Source: Candidatus Omnitrophota bacterium
GTDB taxonomy: Bacteria > Omnitrophota > Gorgyraeia > Gygaellales > Profunditerraquicolaceae
Direction of reading: 5' to 3'
DNA: 61,721 nucleotides
NCBI GenBank assembly: GCA_043808425.1
Contig: JAZDEW010000072.1
Location: forward strand, 1-61,721
The notes beneath the pieces are model-generated. The model was not told the DNA's origin. It worked only from the letters and a program-made list of their open reading frames with translations, and did not search any database. How positions within the stretch are numbered: the stretch's first letter is position 1; each line of letters begins with the position of its first letter. Shown here in pieces: positions 17,901-26,024 of the stretch. A program made the position numbers and the translations under genes.

Positions 17901-18178
17901 GCGATAATGAGCTTAAATTGGAATTCAAACCGAATTTAGCAGGATGGCTATTTACTAAAAACAAAACCTATTCTTTTAATTTTTTAAGCCGTATCCCGGT
18001 AACCTATTATAATCCTCAGAAGAAAAATACCTTTGGTAAAAACGCGGCTAAAATTGCTAAAATTATTATTTTTGAAAACAACTATCCGACAGAAATTAAT
18101 TCTTCCGTAATCAGCGCTGCCTTAGCCAAAAAAGTAAGATCTCGCCAAGTCAATAAAATCGATATTTATCTTGAATAA
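14921..18178 (+). CDS. large conserved hypothetical protein, possibly an (alpha/alpha)6-barrel glycoside phosphorylase/hydrolase-like enzyme
   Basis: This is a clean 1085-aa ORF with no signal peptide or TM helix evident. GNGNYRDINQNRRND and NKPNWFDSLNG resemble, from memory, the RDxxQD and DWND-type motifs of GH94-like phosphorylases. The ORF itself is near certain; the function is low confidence. Confidence 0.45.
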   Translation: MKIKSSPLKTKYYLNKQGEFVIENYNYAKPFANFFPGIAGKYGIPMWVFYVNRGQCICSFGTKDKDHSILEFFPANKAWQFVSNHGFRTFIKIQSNNEPIYYEPFHDGYSNLKYHIVNSMRISSSALILEEQNHTLGLKTKVEYFNIPNDTYAGLSRTVSIENTGNKLKTLQVIDGLPQIVPFGTHNFFLKKLGRTIEAWMCIDNLNNNIPFYRLKVDPTDRPEVVHIDAGNFYLSFHFKDTTAKLIRPIVDPQVIFGAVTDFSYPALFLAKRNFNYPAKQITRSKTPSALWLLDLKLAARTCQTFYSIIGQARNSQTLNQSVKKITTLGYIEKKSAENNALIAKLKNDITTISSSKALDLYAGQTYLDNIMRGGYPEIFSQPASKPSGQISSEPENTESKKTIFYLYSRKHGDLERDYNKFTLQPTYFSQGNGNYRDINQNRRNDVWFHPEIKDENIIFFMNLIQADGFNPLVVKPESFLAKDNLDLQKLLETVVKKDALDKLVTFLKKPFSPGELIFFIEENKITITGSYEEFLGLVLNYAVKSQEAEHAEGFWTDHWTYNLDLIDSYLGLYPEKANELFFGKKVFSFFDNAEIVRPRSEKYILYNGQARQLHSLSLDSHKKEMLHKRLADAHLLRTLHGEGQVYYTTLAAKLLCLAANKLASLDAAGTGIEMEANKPNWFDSLNGLPALFGSSTCETFELKRLLKKLKQALADSPDKEIELAAEIAEFIEQLCAIFAEDVFSYWDKSNTIKENYRRNIRLGFSGTLINFPVDRLMGFLDAALEKVNSGLNQAFNKAQGVYNSYFINEVTEYDLINEHYIKPKKFTQKPIPLFLEGQMHGLRLSSGSKEARQLYRATRKSELFDKKLKMYKVTAPLNNMPEEIGRCQVFTPGWLENESIWLHMEYKYILELLKNGLIEEFYSEFKNVLIPFQNPQRYGRSILENSSFIASSAFTDKNLQGNGFVARLSGSTAEFLHIWLVMNVGVDPFTLDSDNELKLEFKPNLAGWLFTKNKTYSFNFLSRIPVTYYNPQKKNTFGKNAAKIAKIIIFENNYPTEINSSVISAALAKKVRSRQVNKIDIYLE

Positions 18179-18193
18179 AAAGCTAAAAATCAC

Positions 18194-18274
18194 GGGACCG
18201 TTTCTATTATTCAGTAAACATGGGACCGTTTCTATTTTTTCAAGCTTAAAAATAGAAACGGTCCCATGTTTACT
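18194..18274. repeat. three copies of the GGGACCGTTTCTATT motif, two of them forming a perfect 27-bp hairpin; candidate bidirectional terminator between convergent genes
   Basis: AGTAAACATGGGACCGTTTCTATTTTT (18213-18239), an 8-nt loop TCAAGCTT and AAAAATAGAAACGGTCCCATGTTTACT (18248-18274) form the hairpin. An extra direct half-copy, GGGACCGTTTCTATT, lies at 18194-18208. Confidence 0.85.
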
Positions 18275-18284
18275 GCTTTTCAAG

Positions 18285-18623
18285 CTATCCGATTTGCTCG
18301 CTTAATTTTATAGAAGCGGTCAACTCAATATTTAAGGTGTGCACAAAACTAATCAAAAACAACCTTCCTTTATTTATGGTTAGAACACTGCCCTTAAGCT
18401 TGCAGAAAAAATGCTCCCGTTTCTGCTGAGTATCTCTTACCTTAATTACATAAAGATAAGAACCATCGGGTATCACCTCTGGAGTAGCGATTTGCTTAAT
18501 TATATAGGTAAAATGCCGGCGCACCACGCTATGCACACCCTCTTTATCCATAATTTCAGAGCTAGTGATAACCTTGCGGGTCCTGTCAGTTGAAGTCAAA
18601 TTTTTAAATAGTAGATCGCGCAT
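18285..18623 (-). CDS. hypothetical protein (112 aa)
   Basis: A monocistronic ORF bracketed by hairpins on both sides. I recognise no motif. Coding status is supported only by ORF length and ordinary amino acid composition. Confidence 0.45.
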   Translation of the reverse strand: MRDLLFKNLTSTDRTRKVITSSEIMDKEGVHSVVRRHFTYIIKQIATPEVIPDGSYLYVIKVRDTQQKREHFFCKLKGSVLTINKGRLFLISFVHTLNIELTASIKLSEQIG

Positions 18624-18683
18624 TTTAATCCGTTTTCTCCAAAAACTATTGGGTTATTTTAACTTACAATAAAGTATGCCGCC

Positions 18684-18714
18684 AAATAAAAGCCATTTCA
18701 AGAGAAAATGGCCC
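18684..18714 (-). terminator. rho-independent terminator downstream of plsY
   Basis: The minus strand reads GGGGCCATTTTCTCTTGAAATGGC followed by TTTTATTT, giving a 7-bp stem (GCCATTT/AAATGGC) and then a T-tract. Confidence 0.6.
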
Positions 18715-18753
18715 CAAAAAGAAAGCGGTTTCTAATGTTTTCAGATAGCCATG

Positions 18754-19392
18754 TTACCGGGGTTGCTTAAAATATAAACGGGGTTCTTTACCTTGGAAGA
18801 GCCTAAGCAGATTAGCCTTGTGGCGGATAATAACAAGAACACAAAGTATTACGGATACCAAAAACATAAAATTTGACTGTTTAAAAAATATACATAACGC
18901 CGGTAGGCTTAGAGCAGCGATAATCGAAGCGAGCGAAACAATTCTAAAAAGAAAGAAAACAACAAACCAAAGTATAATGAGTATGCCGATTATAATGTTT
19001 AATCCATTTATTCTTAAAGCCAGGCCAAGCAATACCCCCAAGGTTGTAGCAATTCCCTTGCCGCCCTTAAACTGTAAGAATATTGTCCAGTTGTGGCCAC
19101 AGATACAACATAGCCCCATAATAATACGTAAATTTTGCAATTGCCATAAGACCTCCTTATCCCTAAAATAATCCCCAAAAAAAGAAACTACGATCAACCC
19201 CTTAAGTATATCTATAAACAATACTGTAATTCCCGGGCCTTTGCCTAAAACACGCAAGGCATTGGTGGCACCCACGTTACCTGAACCAACTTGGCGAATA
19301 TCAATTCCTTTTAATATCCGGCCAAAAAGGTAGGCTGTAGGCAATGAGCCAATAAGGTAGCTAGCTAGCAAGGCGACGACTGTCAGGGCCAT
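18754..19392 (-). CDS. plsY: glycerol-3-phosphate acyltransferase PlsY
   Basis: Contains GSGNVGATNALRVLG and the HNWTIFLQFKGGKGIAT motifs, on a polytopic membrane protein. Confidence 0.9.
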   Translation of the reverse strand: MALTVVALLASYLIGSLPTAYLFGRILKGIDIRQVGSGNVGATNALRVLGKGPGITVLFIDILKGLIVVSFFGDYFRDKEVLWQLQNLRIIMGLCCICGHNWTIFLQFKGGKGIATTLGVLLGLALRINGLNIIIGILIILWFVVFFLFRIVSLASIIAALSLPALCIFFKQSNFMFLVSVILCVLVIIRHKANLLRLFQGKEPRLYFKQPR

Positions 19393-19924
19393 ATAAAATT
19401 TTAAATCCTTTCTTTACATAATCAATTCCTGAAATAACCGTAAAAATTACCGCGGGCCACCAAATCAACATCGCCAACTTCCATTGTAATAAAACACCCA
19501 CCACCGAAAGCATCTGGAAAGTAGTGGTTAGCTTGCCCCATTTAGTAGGATAGACATCTAAATTCTGCTTAACCATATAGATAACCACTGCCCCTAAAAT
19601 AATAAGTAAATCCCGGGAGATCACAATAAAACTCACCCAAAGAGGAAATTTTAATTCTAACCGGCAGATCGGTGATAAAAATATAAAAGCGCTGATTAAT
19701 AATAGCTTATCTCCTAAAGGGTCTAAAATTAACCCTGCCTTTGATTGCATTTTAGCTTTCCTGGCAATATAACCATCTAGGCCATCAGAAATAACGCCCA
19801 ACACAAATATTACCAAAGCCAGATTTTTTAAATAAATTTTTTCGGGAGTATAATACAGCAAGCAGGCAATAAAAAAAGGAACGCTTAAAATACGAAAAGT
19901 AGAAATTTTATTGGCAATGTTCAC
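19361..19924 (-). CDS. pgsA: CDP-diacylglycerol--glycerol-3-phosphate 3-phosphatidyltransferase (CDP-alcohol phosphatidyltransferase family)
   Basis: Carries the DGx2ARx8Gx3Dx3D motif (DGLDGYIARKAKMQSKAGLILDPLGDK). The start is a GTG at 19924, preceded by GGAAGG. Confidence 0.8.
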   Translation of the reverse strand: MNIANKISTFRILSVPFFIACLLYYTPEKIYLKNLALVIFVLGVISDGLDGYIARKAKMQSKAGLILDPLGDKLLLISAFIFLSPICRLELKFPLWVSFIVISRDLLIILGAVVIYMVKQNLDVYPTKWGKLTTTFQMLSVVGVLLQWKLAMLIWWPAVIFTVISGIDYVKKGFKILYGPDSRRLAS

Positions 19925-19934
19925 GCAGCACCTT

Positions 19935-19954
19935 CCTGCCTGCCGGCAGGCAGG
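19935..19954. repeat. perfect 20-bp palindrome CCTGCCTGCCGGCAGGCAGG
   Basis: Read directly. It lies 10 nt upstream of the pgsA GTG, and its 3' arm on the minus strand runs into the GGAAGG ribosome-binding site. An identical 20-mer occurs at 31501-31520. Confidence 0.9.
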
Positions 19955-20038
19955 CTTTTATATTCAGTATACTGCTCATACTTCTCCCTTTAAACCTTAA
20001 TACTTTAAAAGATAATAAATAATTAGAAGGTGCGGGGT

Positions 20039-20614
20039 TCATTTAATTAATTTTATGCGTTGTGGCGGCCAATAGATGGTGATCGCCTTCCCCAATAAAT
20101 TATTTTTTGGCACAAATCCCCAATAACGGCTATCTTTAGAGGAAGCAGAATTATCCCCTAAAACAAAAAAACTGTCCGGGGGCACCACTATCTTTTGGCC
20201 TTGCGCACCCAATGAGCCACAATTGTAATAATAAATTTGATTAAAAATTGCTTCCGGAGCAGGCTTATCGTTAATATAAATTGAACCGCCTTTAATTTCC
20301 ACTAGATCCCCCGGGAGCCCTACTAACCTTTTTATAAAATCCTTCTTCTTATCTTCCGGATAAATAAAAACAATCACGTCCCCTCTTTTTGGCGGCTGCA
20401 CAGCCGGTAGACGTAAGTTGGTAAAAGGAATTTTCGCCCCGTAAATAAATTTATTCACTAAAATCAGATCCCCTTCAATTAAAGTCATGCGCATTGACCC
20501 GGTAGGAATTTTAAAGGCCTGAACGATGAAGGTACGGATAACTAGAGCCAGAAAAAAAGCAATGATAATCGATTCGACCCAATCACGGATTACGGATTTC
20601 TTTTTTAAACTCAT
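20039..20614 (-). CDS. lepB: signal peptidase I
   Basis: Contains the IPTGSM catalytic Ser box, RGDVIVF, and GDNSASSKDSRYWGFV. Confidence 0.9.
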   Translation of the reverse strand: MSLKKKSVIRDWVESIIIAFFLALVIRTFIVQAFKIPTGSMRMTLIEGDLILVNKFIYGAKIPFTNLRLPAVQPPKRGDVIVFIYPEDKKKDFIKRLVGLPGDLVEIKGGSIYINDKPAPEAIFNQIYYYNCGSLGAQGQKIVVPPDSFFVLGDNSASSKDSRYWGFVPKNNLLGKAITIYWPPQRIKLIK

Positions 20615-22410
20615 ATTTTTAACACCTCCAGAAAAGCCTCTTGTGGTATTTCAACCTTGCCAAATTGCTTTAATCTTTTCTTACCTTTTTTCTGAGTTTC
20701 CCAAAGCTTGCGCTTGCGAGTAATATCCCCTCCGGAACATTTGCTCGTGGCATTTTTACCAACGGACCGCACTTTTTCCGAAGCCAAAATCTGGCTGCCA
20801 ATGGCCGCCTGAATAGTTACCTCAAAAAGTTGCCGCGGAATCAGCTCCTTAAGCTTAGAAACTAAAAGGTGCGCCCGAGAAGTAGCCTTTTCTTTAAACA
20901 TCAATGAGGAGAAGGCGTCACAAATCTGGCTATTTAGCAATATATCAAGCTTAACTAATCTTGTCGGCAGATATTCTTTAACCTCATAATCCATAGAACC
21001 ATAACCTCGAGTGATCGATTTCATGCGGTCATAAAAATCCACAATAATTTCAGAAAGCGGTACCGAAAACACTACTTTTACGCGATCCTCGCCTAAATAT
21101 TCATTGGAAACAAATACCCCGCGCCGGGATTTAGTAAAATCGCAAACTGCCTCTATAGAATCAACCGGCACAATCATCAACAGGCTGGCAAATGGCTCTT
21201 GCGCCTCCTGGATATCGCTAGGCGCGCAAAGCTTCATGGGCGTATCTACTTCAATAAGCTCTCCGGACTTTGTTTTTATGCGATAAACTACATTGGGCAC
21301 GGTAAGAATAAGGTTTAAGTTATATTCACGCTCAAGCCTCTCTTGGACAATTTCCATGTGCAACAGGCCCAAAAAACCGCAACGAAAACCTGTTCCAAAG
21401 GATTGGGAATTTTCCGGCTCAAAGACAAAAGAAGCATCCGAAAGCTTTAGCTTGTCCATGGAATCGCGTAATTCCGGAAAATCCGCAGGATTAACCGGAT
21501 AAATACCGCAAAAAACCAGAGGTTTTACTTTGCGGTAACCTGGCAAGGCCTGAACACAAGGATTCTTCGGATCAGTAATCGTATCTCCGATAATTACCTC
21601 CCGCGGATCACGCATGTTCGCGGTAAAATACCCAACCTCGCCACAAATTAAGCTATCCACGGCAGAATATTTTAAATCCTTAAAAACACCTAACTCTTCA
21701 ATTTTATAAATCTTGCCGGCATGAAACATTTTCAATTGTGTTTTAGGGGTAATCTGCCCATCAATAATTTTTACAAAAACTACCACTCCTTTAAAAGCAT
21801 CAAAACGACAATCGAAAATTAAAGCTTTAAGCGGACTATTCATTTGGCCGCCAGGGCTGGGGATTGTTTCAATAATCCTGTCTAAAATTTCGATTACTCC
21901 CTGGCCTTCTTTGGCAGAAGCCAGCATAATTTCCTCTTCTTTAAAACCCAAAACCGTCTCTACCTGCATTTTAACCCGGCCCACATCGGCAGAAATTAAA
22001 TCCACCTTATTAATTACCGGGATAACATGCAGATTGTTTTCTAGGGCCAGGTAATAATTGGCCACAGTTTGCGCTTCAATCCCTTGGCCGGCATCTACTA
22101 CTAACACCGCGCCTTCACAAGCAGCTAAAGACTTAGATACTTCATAGGTAAAATCCACATGGCCGGGAGTATCAATCAGATTTAAAATATACTCTTGGTT
22201 AAATTTCTTAGAAAAATAATTCAACCTAACCATCGAGGCCTTAATCGTAATCCCCCGCTCCTTTTCCAACTCCATATCATCTAAAAGCTGATTACCTTTA
22301 TGCCGCTTATCAACCGCCCCGGTGATTTCTAAGATCCGATCAGCCAAAGTAGATTTACCATGGTCAATATGCGCAATTATCGAAAAATTTCTAAGCAGTG
22401 TCCTATCCAT
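20611..22410 (-). CDS. lepA: translation elongation factor 4
   Basis: Contains RNFSIIAHIDHGKSTLADR, DTPGHVDF and NKVD, and a LepA C-terminal domain. Length is 599 aa. Confidence 0.95.
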   Translation of the reverse strand: MDRTLLRNFSIIAHIDHGKSTLADRILEITGAVDKRHKGNQLLDDMELEKERGITIKASMVRLNYFSKKFNQEYILNLIDTPGHVDFTYEVSKSLAACEGAVLVVDAGQGIEAQTVANYYLALENNLHVIPVINKVDLISADVGRVKMQVETVLGFKEEEIMLASAKEGQGVIEILDRIIETIPSPGGQMNSPLKALIFDCRFDAFKGVVVFVKIIDGQITPKTQLKMFHAGKIYKIEELGVFKDLKYSAVDSLICGEVGYFTANMRDPREVIIGDTITDPKNPCVQALPGYRKVKPLVFCGIYPVNPADFPELRDSMDKLKLSDASFVFEPENSQSFGTGFRCGFLGLLHMEIVQERLEREYNLNLILTVPNVVYRIKTKSGELIEVDTPMKLCAPSDIQEAQEPFASLLMIVPVDSIEAVCDFTKSRRGVFVSNEYLGEDRVKVVFSVPLSEIIVDFYDRMKSITRGYGSMDYEVKEYLPTRLVKLDILLNSQICDAFSSLMFKEKATSRAHLLVSKLKELIPRQLFEVTIQAAIGSQILASEKVRSVGKNATSKCSGGDITRKRKLWETQKKGKKRLKQFGKVEIPQEAFLEVLKI

Positions 22411-23065
22411 CTATTTTACATAAATTGAATATTTTCTCGACTACCTCTTGAATGGAAAGATTAGTCGTATCGATATAAATTGCATCGGGCGCTTGACATA
22501 GAGGAGAAATTTGACGGGTAGAATCAATCTTATCCCGATTAGCTAAATCGCAAGCTACCTCATTTTCTGTAACCTCCTGGCCTAAACCTTTTAATTCCTC
22601 GAAACGCCTCCTGACCCGCACTCCGGCGGAAGCAACAATAAAAAACTTTTTCTGGGCACGCGGAAAAACAACGGTACCAATATCCCGGCCATCTAAAATA
22701 CAATCTTTTTGTTGGCCAAATTCTCTCTGCATCTTTACCAATACTTGACGCACCTGTCCAATCTTGGCCACATCCGAAACAAACTGGGTAATGCGCACCT
22801 GGCGAATAGCCAAAGAAACATCCACTCCGTCAAGCATAACCGTTAATGATCCATCTGGATTGTTGCGCAGGCCTATTTTAATGCCATTAGCCAGTTGAAT
22901 AATTCCCTGCTCATCATTAACGGACACATTATTCTCTAGAGCCTTCAAAGTTAAGGCTCGATACATGGCACCGGTATCAATATAAAGAAAACCTAACCTC
23001 TGAGCCAAAATTTTAGCCACAGTACTTTTTCCCGCACCGGATGGGCCATCAATAGCAATAATCAT
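22403..23065 (-). CDS. cmk: cytidylate kinase
   Basis: Contains IAIDGPSGAGKSTVAK and DTGAMYRA. Confidence 0.9.
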   Translation of the reverse strand: MIIAIDGPSGAGKSTVAKILAQRLGFLYIDTGAMYRALTLKALENNVSVNDEQGIIQLANGIKIGLRNNPDGSLTVMLDGVDVSLAIRQVRITQFVSDVAKIGQVRQVLVKMQREFGQQKDCILDGRDIGTVVFPRAQKKFFIVASAGVRVRRRFEELKGLGQEVTENEVACDLANRDKIDSTRQISPLCQAPDAIYIDTTNLSIQEVVEKIFNLCKIDG

Positions 23066-23892
23066 TTTAACTTTCCTCGTTTTTTATTGGCCAACGCTAA
23101 AATTTCTATCAGCCGGCTCTTATTCTTTCTTTCTAAGGAAAGTTTTAAAGCACTAAGTTTTTTCTGAAAAATCGATAGGTCAGCCAATAAATTAAGCCGA
23201 TTACTTAAAAATATCTCACTCCAAAGATGGGCATCGGAGTTAGAGATGCGCGTAGTATCTCTTAAGCCACTAGAACTCAAGCTTAAATATTGATCCGGGA
23301 TAGAATTAATCAATGAAAAAGCGACGGCATGCGGCAAGTGGCTGGTAAACGCCAAGATCTGATCGTGCTTTTTTGCGGAGAGAATAACTACACTCGCGCC
23401 CAATTTATTCCAAAGCCGCTTAATCTTATTTAAGGCGCGGTAATTAGTCTTAAACGTAGGAGTAATGATACAAATTGATCCTTTAAAAATACTAGCCTGT
23501 AAATTAACAATTCCTCTCTTTTCTGATCCGCCTAAAGGATGACAACCTAAAAAGTTAGGAAAAAGAGCGCTTAATTTAGAGACAATAAGCTCTTTGGTGC
23601 TACCGACATCAATAACAATACAGTCTTTTTTTATTTTTTTTTCAATTCTTAAAGCAAGATCGATGATAGTATTAACCGGTGTGGCTAAAATAACTAAATC
23701 CGCGTCCGAGACCACCTCTAACGATAAGCCAATGCGATCAATAGCCCCAACCTTTTTAGCTAAGCGGGCATTTTTCTGGTGGCGGCTTAAACCGATAACC
23801 TGGTCAGCCAAGCGCTGTTTCTTTAAAGCTAAGCCCAAAGATCCGCCGATCAAACCGGTGCCGATAATTACGACTTTATTAAACATTTTCAT
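23062..23892 (-). CDS. tyrA: prephenate (arogenate) dehydrogenase
   Basis: Has a Rossmann motif (IIGTGLIGGS), DVGSTK, HPLGG, and sits in the aromatic amino acid gene context. Confidence 0.85.
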   Translation of the reverse strand: MKMFNKVVIIGTGLIGGSLGLALKKQRLADQVIGLSRHQKNARLAKKVGAIDRIGLSLEVVSDADLVILATPVNTIIDLALRIEKKIKKDCIVIDVGSTKELIVSKLSALFPNFLGCHPLGGSEKRGIVNLQASIFKGSICIITPTFKTNYRALNKIKRLWNKLGASVVILSAKKHDQILAFTSHLPHAVAFSLINSIPDQYLSLSSSGLRDTTRISNSDAHLWSEIFLSNRLNLLADLSIFQKKLSALKLSLERKNKSRLIEILALANKKRGKLK

Positions 23893-24908
23893 GAAATTAT
23901 TCTCCCCACGGAATCCGCGATACCTCTTAGCTCATTCATCAAATTAAAAAATTTACCCGGAATAAGCGACTGCGCTCCATCAGAAACGGCTTCTTCAGGG
24001 TGATTATGCACTTCGATAATTAAACCATCGGCTCCGGCGGCAATTGCCGCCTTAGCTAAAGGCCCCACCAGGCTCCATTTTCCGGCAGCATGCGACGGAT
24101 CAACGATAATTGGTAAATGCGAAAGCTGTTTAGTTACCGGTATCGCGCTAATATCTAAAGTATTACGCGTAGAATCTTCAAAAGTACGAATACCCCTCTC
24201 GCAAAGAATTACCGAAAAATTCCCGCCACTTAATATATATTCCGCGGACATGAGCATATCCTTAACCGTAGAAGCCATTCCCCGTTTTAAAAGTACGGGC
24301 TTTTTAGCCGCACCCACCTCTTTTAAAAGATTAAAATTCTGCATATTACGGCAGCCAATTTGCAAAACATCCACATATTCCGCAACCAAACCCACATCCC
24401 GGCTATCCATAACTTCACTTACCGTAACCAAGCCTAACTCATTGCCTACCTTTCTGAGCATTTGCAAACCGTCCTTACCTAAACCTTGAAAACTATAAGG
24501 CGAGGTTCGAGGTTTAAAAGCACCTCCGCGCAATACGGTTGAGCCGGCTTTTTTAACCTCCCGGGCGATTTCGAATAAACTATCGATATTTTCAATAGTA
24601 CACGGCCCGCCCATAACCACCACTTCTTTGCCGCCAATTTTTACACCCTTACCCAGGTCAATTATAGAATCCTCTTTTTTAAACTCCCGGGAAACTAACC
24701 GAAAGGGCGAGAGCACCGGAATAACATTTTCTACTCCCGGAAAGGCCTCTAAAGGCGTAACGCGTAATACATCCTCCGGCCCGATAACGCCAATGATAGT
24801 TCTCTCTGACCCCTTAGAAACATGCGCAGTCAATCCGAGAGCTTTTACTTTTTCAATAATATGATTAACTTGATCCGAACTGGCATCGGGCCTTAAAACA
24901 ATAATCAT
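23889..24908 (-). CDS. aroF: 3-deoxy-7-phosphoheptulonate (DAHP) synthase, type I-beta with N-terminal regulatory domain
   Basis: A KDSA/DAHPS I-beta core (GPCTIEN, LRGGAFKPRTSPYSFQG, KRG, DPSHA) follows an N-terminal ferredoxin-like ACT-type domain of about 70 aa. Confidence 0.85.
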   Translation of the reverse strand: MIIVLRPDASSDQVNHIIEKVKALGLTAHVSKGSERTIIGVIGPEDVLRVTPLEAFPGVENVIPVLSPFRLVSREFKKEDSIIDLGKGVKIGGKEVVVMGGPCTIENIDSLFEIAREVKKAGSTVLRGGAFKPRTSPYSFQGLGKDGLQMLRKVGNELGLVTVSEVMDSRDVGLVAEYVDVLQIGCRNMQNFNLLKEVGAAKKPVLLKRGMASTVKDMLMSAEYILSGGNFSVILCERGIRTFEDSTRNTLDISAIPVTKQLSHLPIIVDPSHAAGKWSLVGPLAKAAIAAGADGLIIEVHNHPEEAVSDGAQSLIPGKFFNLMNELRGIADSVGRIIS

Positions 24909-24911
24909 TAT

Positions 24912-26024
24912 TTATCCCCCCCCTATAACTTTTCTTAAAACACGCGCAAACCTTTGATTTTCCTTTTGCGTGCCGATAGTTACGCGAATAAAATTCGCCA
25001 GTCCATACTGGCTCATTTCCCGGACAATCACCCCAAACTTGAGGCAAGACTTAAATACTTTTTGGCTATCTTTGCCTACATCAATAAGAATAAAATTCGC
25101 TACTGAAGGCACATAACCCAGGCCCATTTTCGCTAACTTTTGATAAATAAAATTTTTACCTTCTAAAGTTAGGCGGCGTGTTTTTTTTAAAAAATCCTTA
25201 TCCTCTAAAGCGGCCAACCCGGCAACCTGAGCAAGAAGATTAACATTAAACGGCTGCCGGATACGCTCCATATAAGTTACCAGCTCCGCTGCCGCCATCG
25301 CATAACCCAAACGCAGCCCAGCCAGGCCATAAGCCTTAGAGAATGTCTTGAGAATAATAATCTTCTTTTTATTTTTTAAATAACTTAAAGAATCAGGATA
25401 ATCATCCACATCGATAAACGCGTCATAGGCTTCATCAAAAACCACAACCACTGATTCCGGCAGCGCCTTTATAAATTCAGCAACTTCATATTTATTAACA
25501 TAAGTTCCGGTGGGATTATTAGGATTGGCAATAAAAACCAACTTAGTCTTTTTATCCACTAATTTTAACATGGCCCCTAAATCATATCTAAAATAGCGCA
25601 AAGGCGCCTTTTTAACTTTACGGCCATTAATCTGGGCAATAATCTCATATTCCAAAAAAGTACCCTCTGAAGTAACAATATTTTCATCCGCCTCCATAAA
25701 GGTCTTAATTACCACATCAATCAGCTCATCCGAACCATTACCTAAAACAAAATTTTCCGGGACCAAGCCAAAGAGCTTAGCCAAACTTTTCTTTAGATAA
25801 AATCCCCGCGCGTCCGGATAGCGGTTAATCCCGGATAAAAATCTTTTAATCGCGCTAACCGCTTTAGGTGACGGACCCCATGAATTTTCATTGGAGGCCA
25901 ACTTAATTACCTGCTTTAAACCCAGTTGCCTTTTAGTTTCCTCTATCGGCTTACCGGGAACATAAGGGCTGACTGCAAAAACACTTTTACGGACTAACGC
26001 TTTCACTTTAAGCCTACTCTCCAA
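24912..26024 (-). CDS. hisC: histidinol-phosphate/aromatic aminotransferase (class II PLP)
   Basis: Contains LASNEN, NPNNPTG and FSKAYGLAGLRLGY (PLP lysine). Its position inside an aromatic operon suggests a role in Phe/Tyr synthesis. The start is uncertain: TTG at 26024 or GTG at 26006. Confidence 0.8.
   Translation of the reverse strand: MESRLKVKALVRKSVFAVSPYVPGKPIEETKRQLGLKQVIKLASNENSWGPSPKAVSAIKRFLSGINRYPDARGFYLKKSLAKLFGLVPENFVLGNGSDELIDVVIKTFMEADENIVTSEGTFLEYEIIAQINGRKVKKAPLRYFRYDLGAMLKLVDKKTKLVFIANPNNPTGTYVNKYEVAEFIKALPESVVVVFDEAYDAFIDVDDYPDSLSYLKNKKKIIILKTFSKAYGLAGLRLGYAMAAAELVTYMERIRQPFNVNLLAQVAGLAALEDKDFLKKTRRLTLEGKNFIYQKLAKMGLGYVPSVANFILIDVGKDSQKVFKSCLKFGVIVREMSQYGLANFIRVTIGTQKENQRFARVLRKVIGGG

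Noticed and set aside
24865-25047. A 60-aa minus-strand ORF overlapping the aroF/hisC junction. Similar short same-strand overlapping ORFs include 26088-26288, 38246-38485 and 53584-53796.
   Set aside because: They are out-of-frame overlaps within well-supported genes. They have no motif, and their composition is typical of alternative-frame translation.
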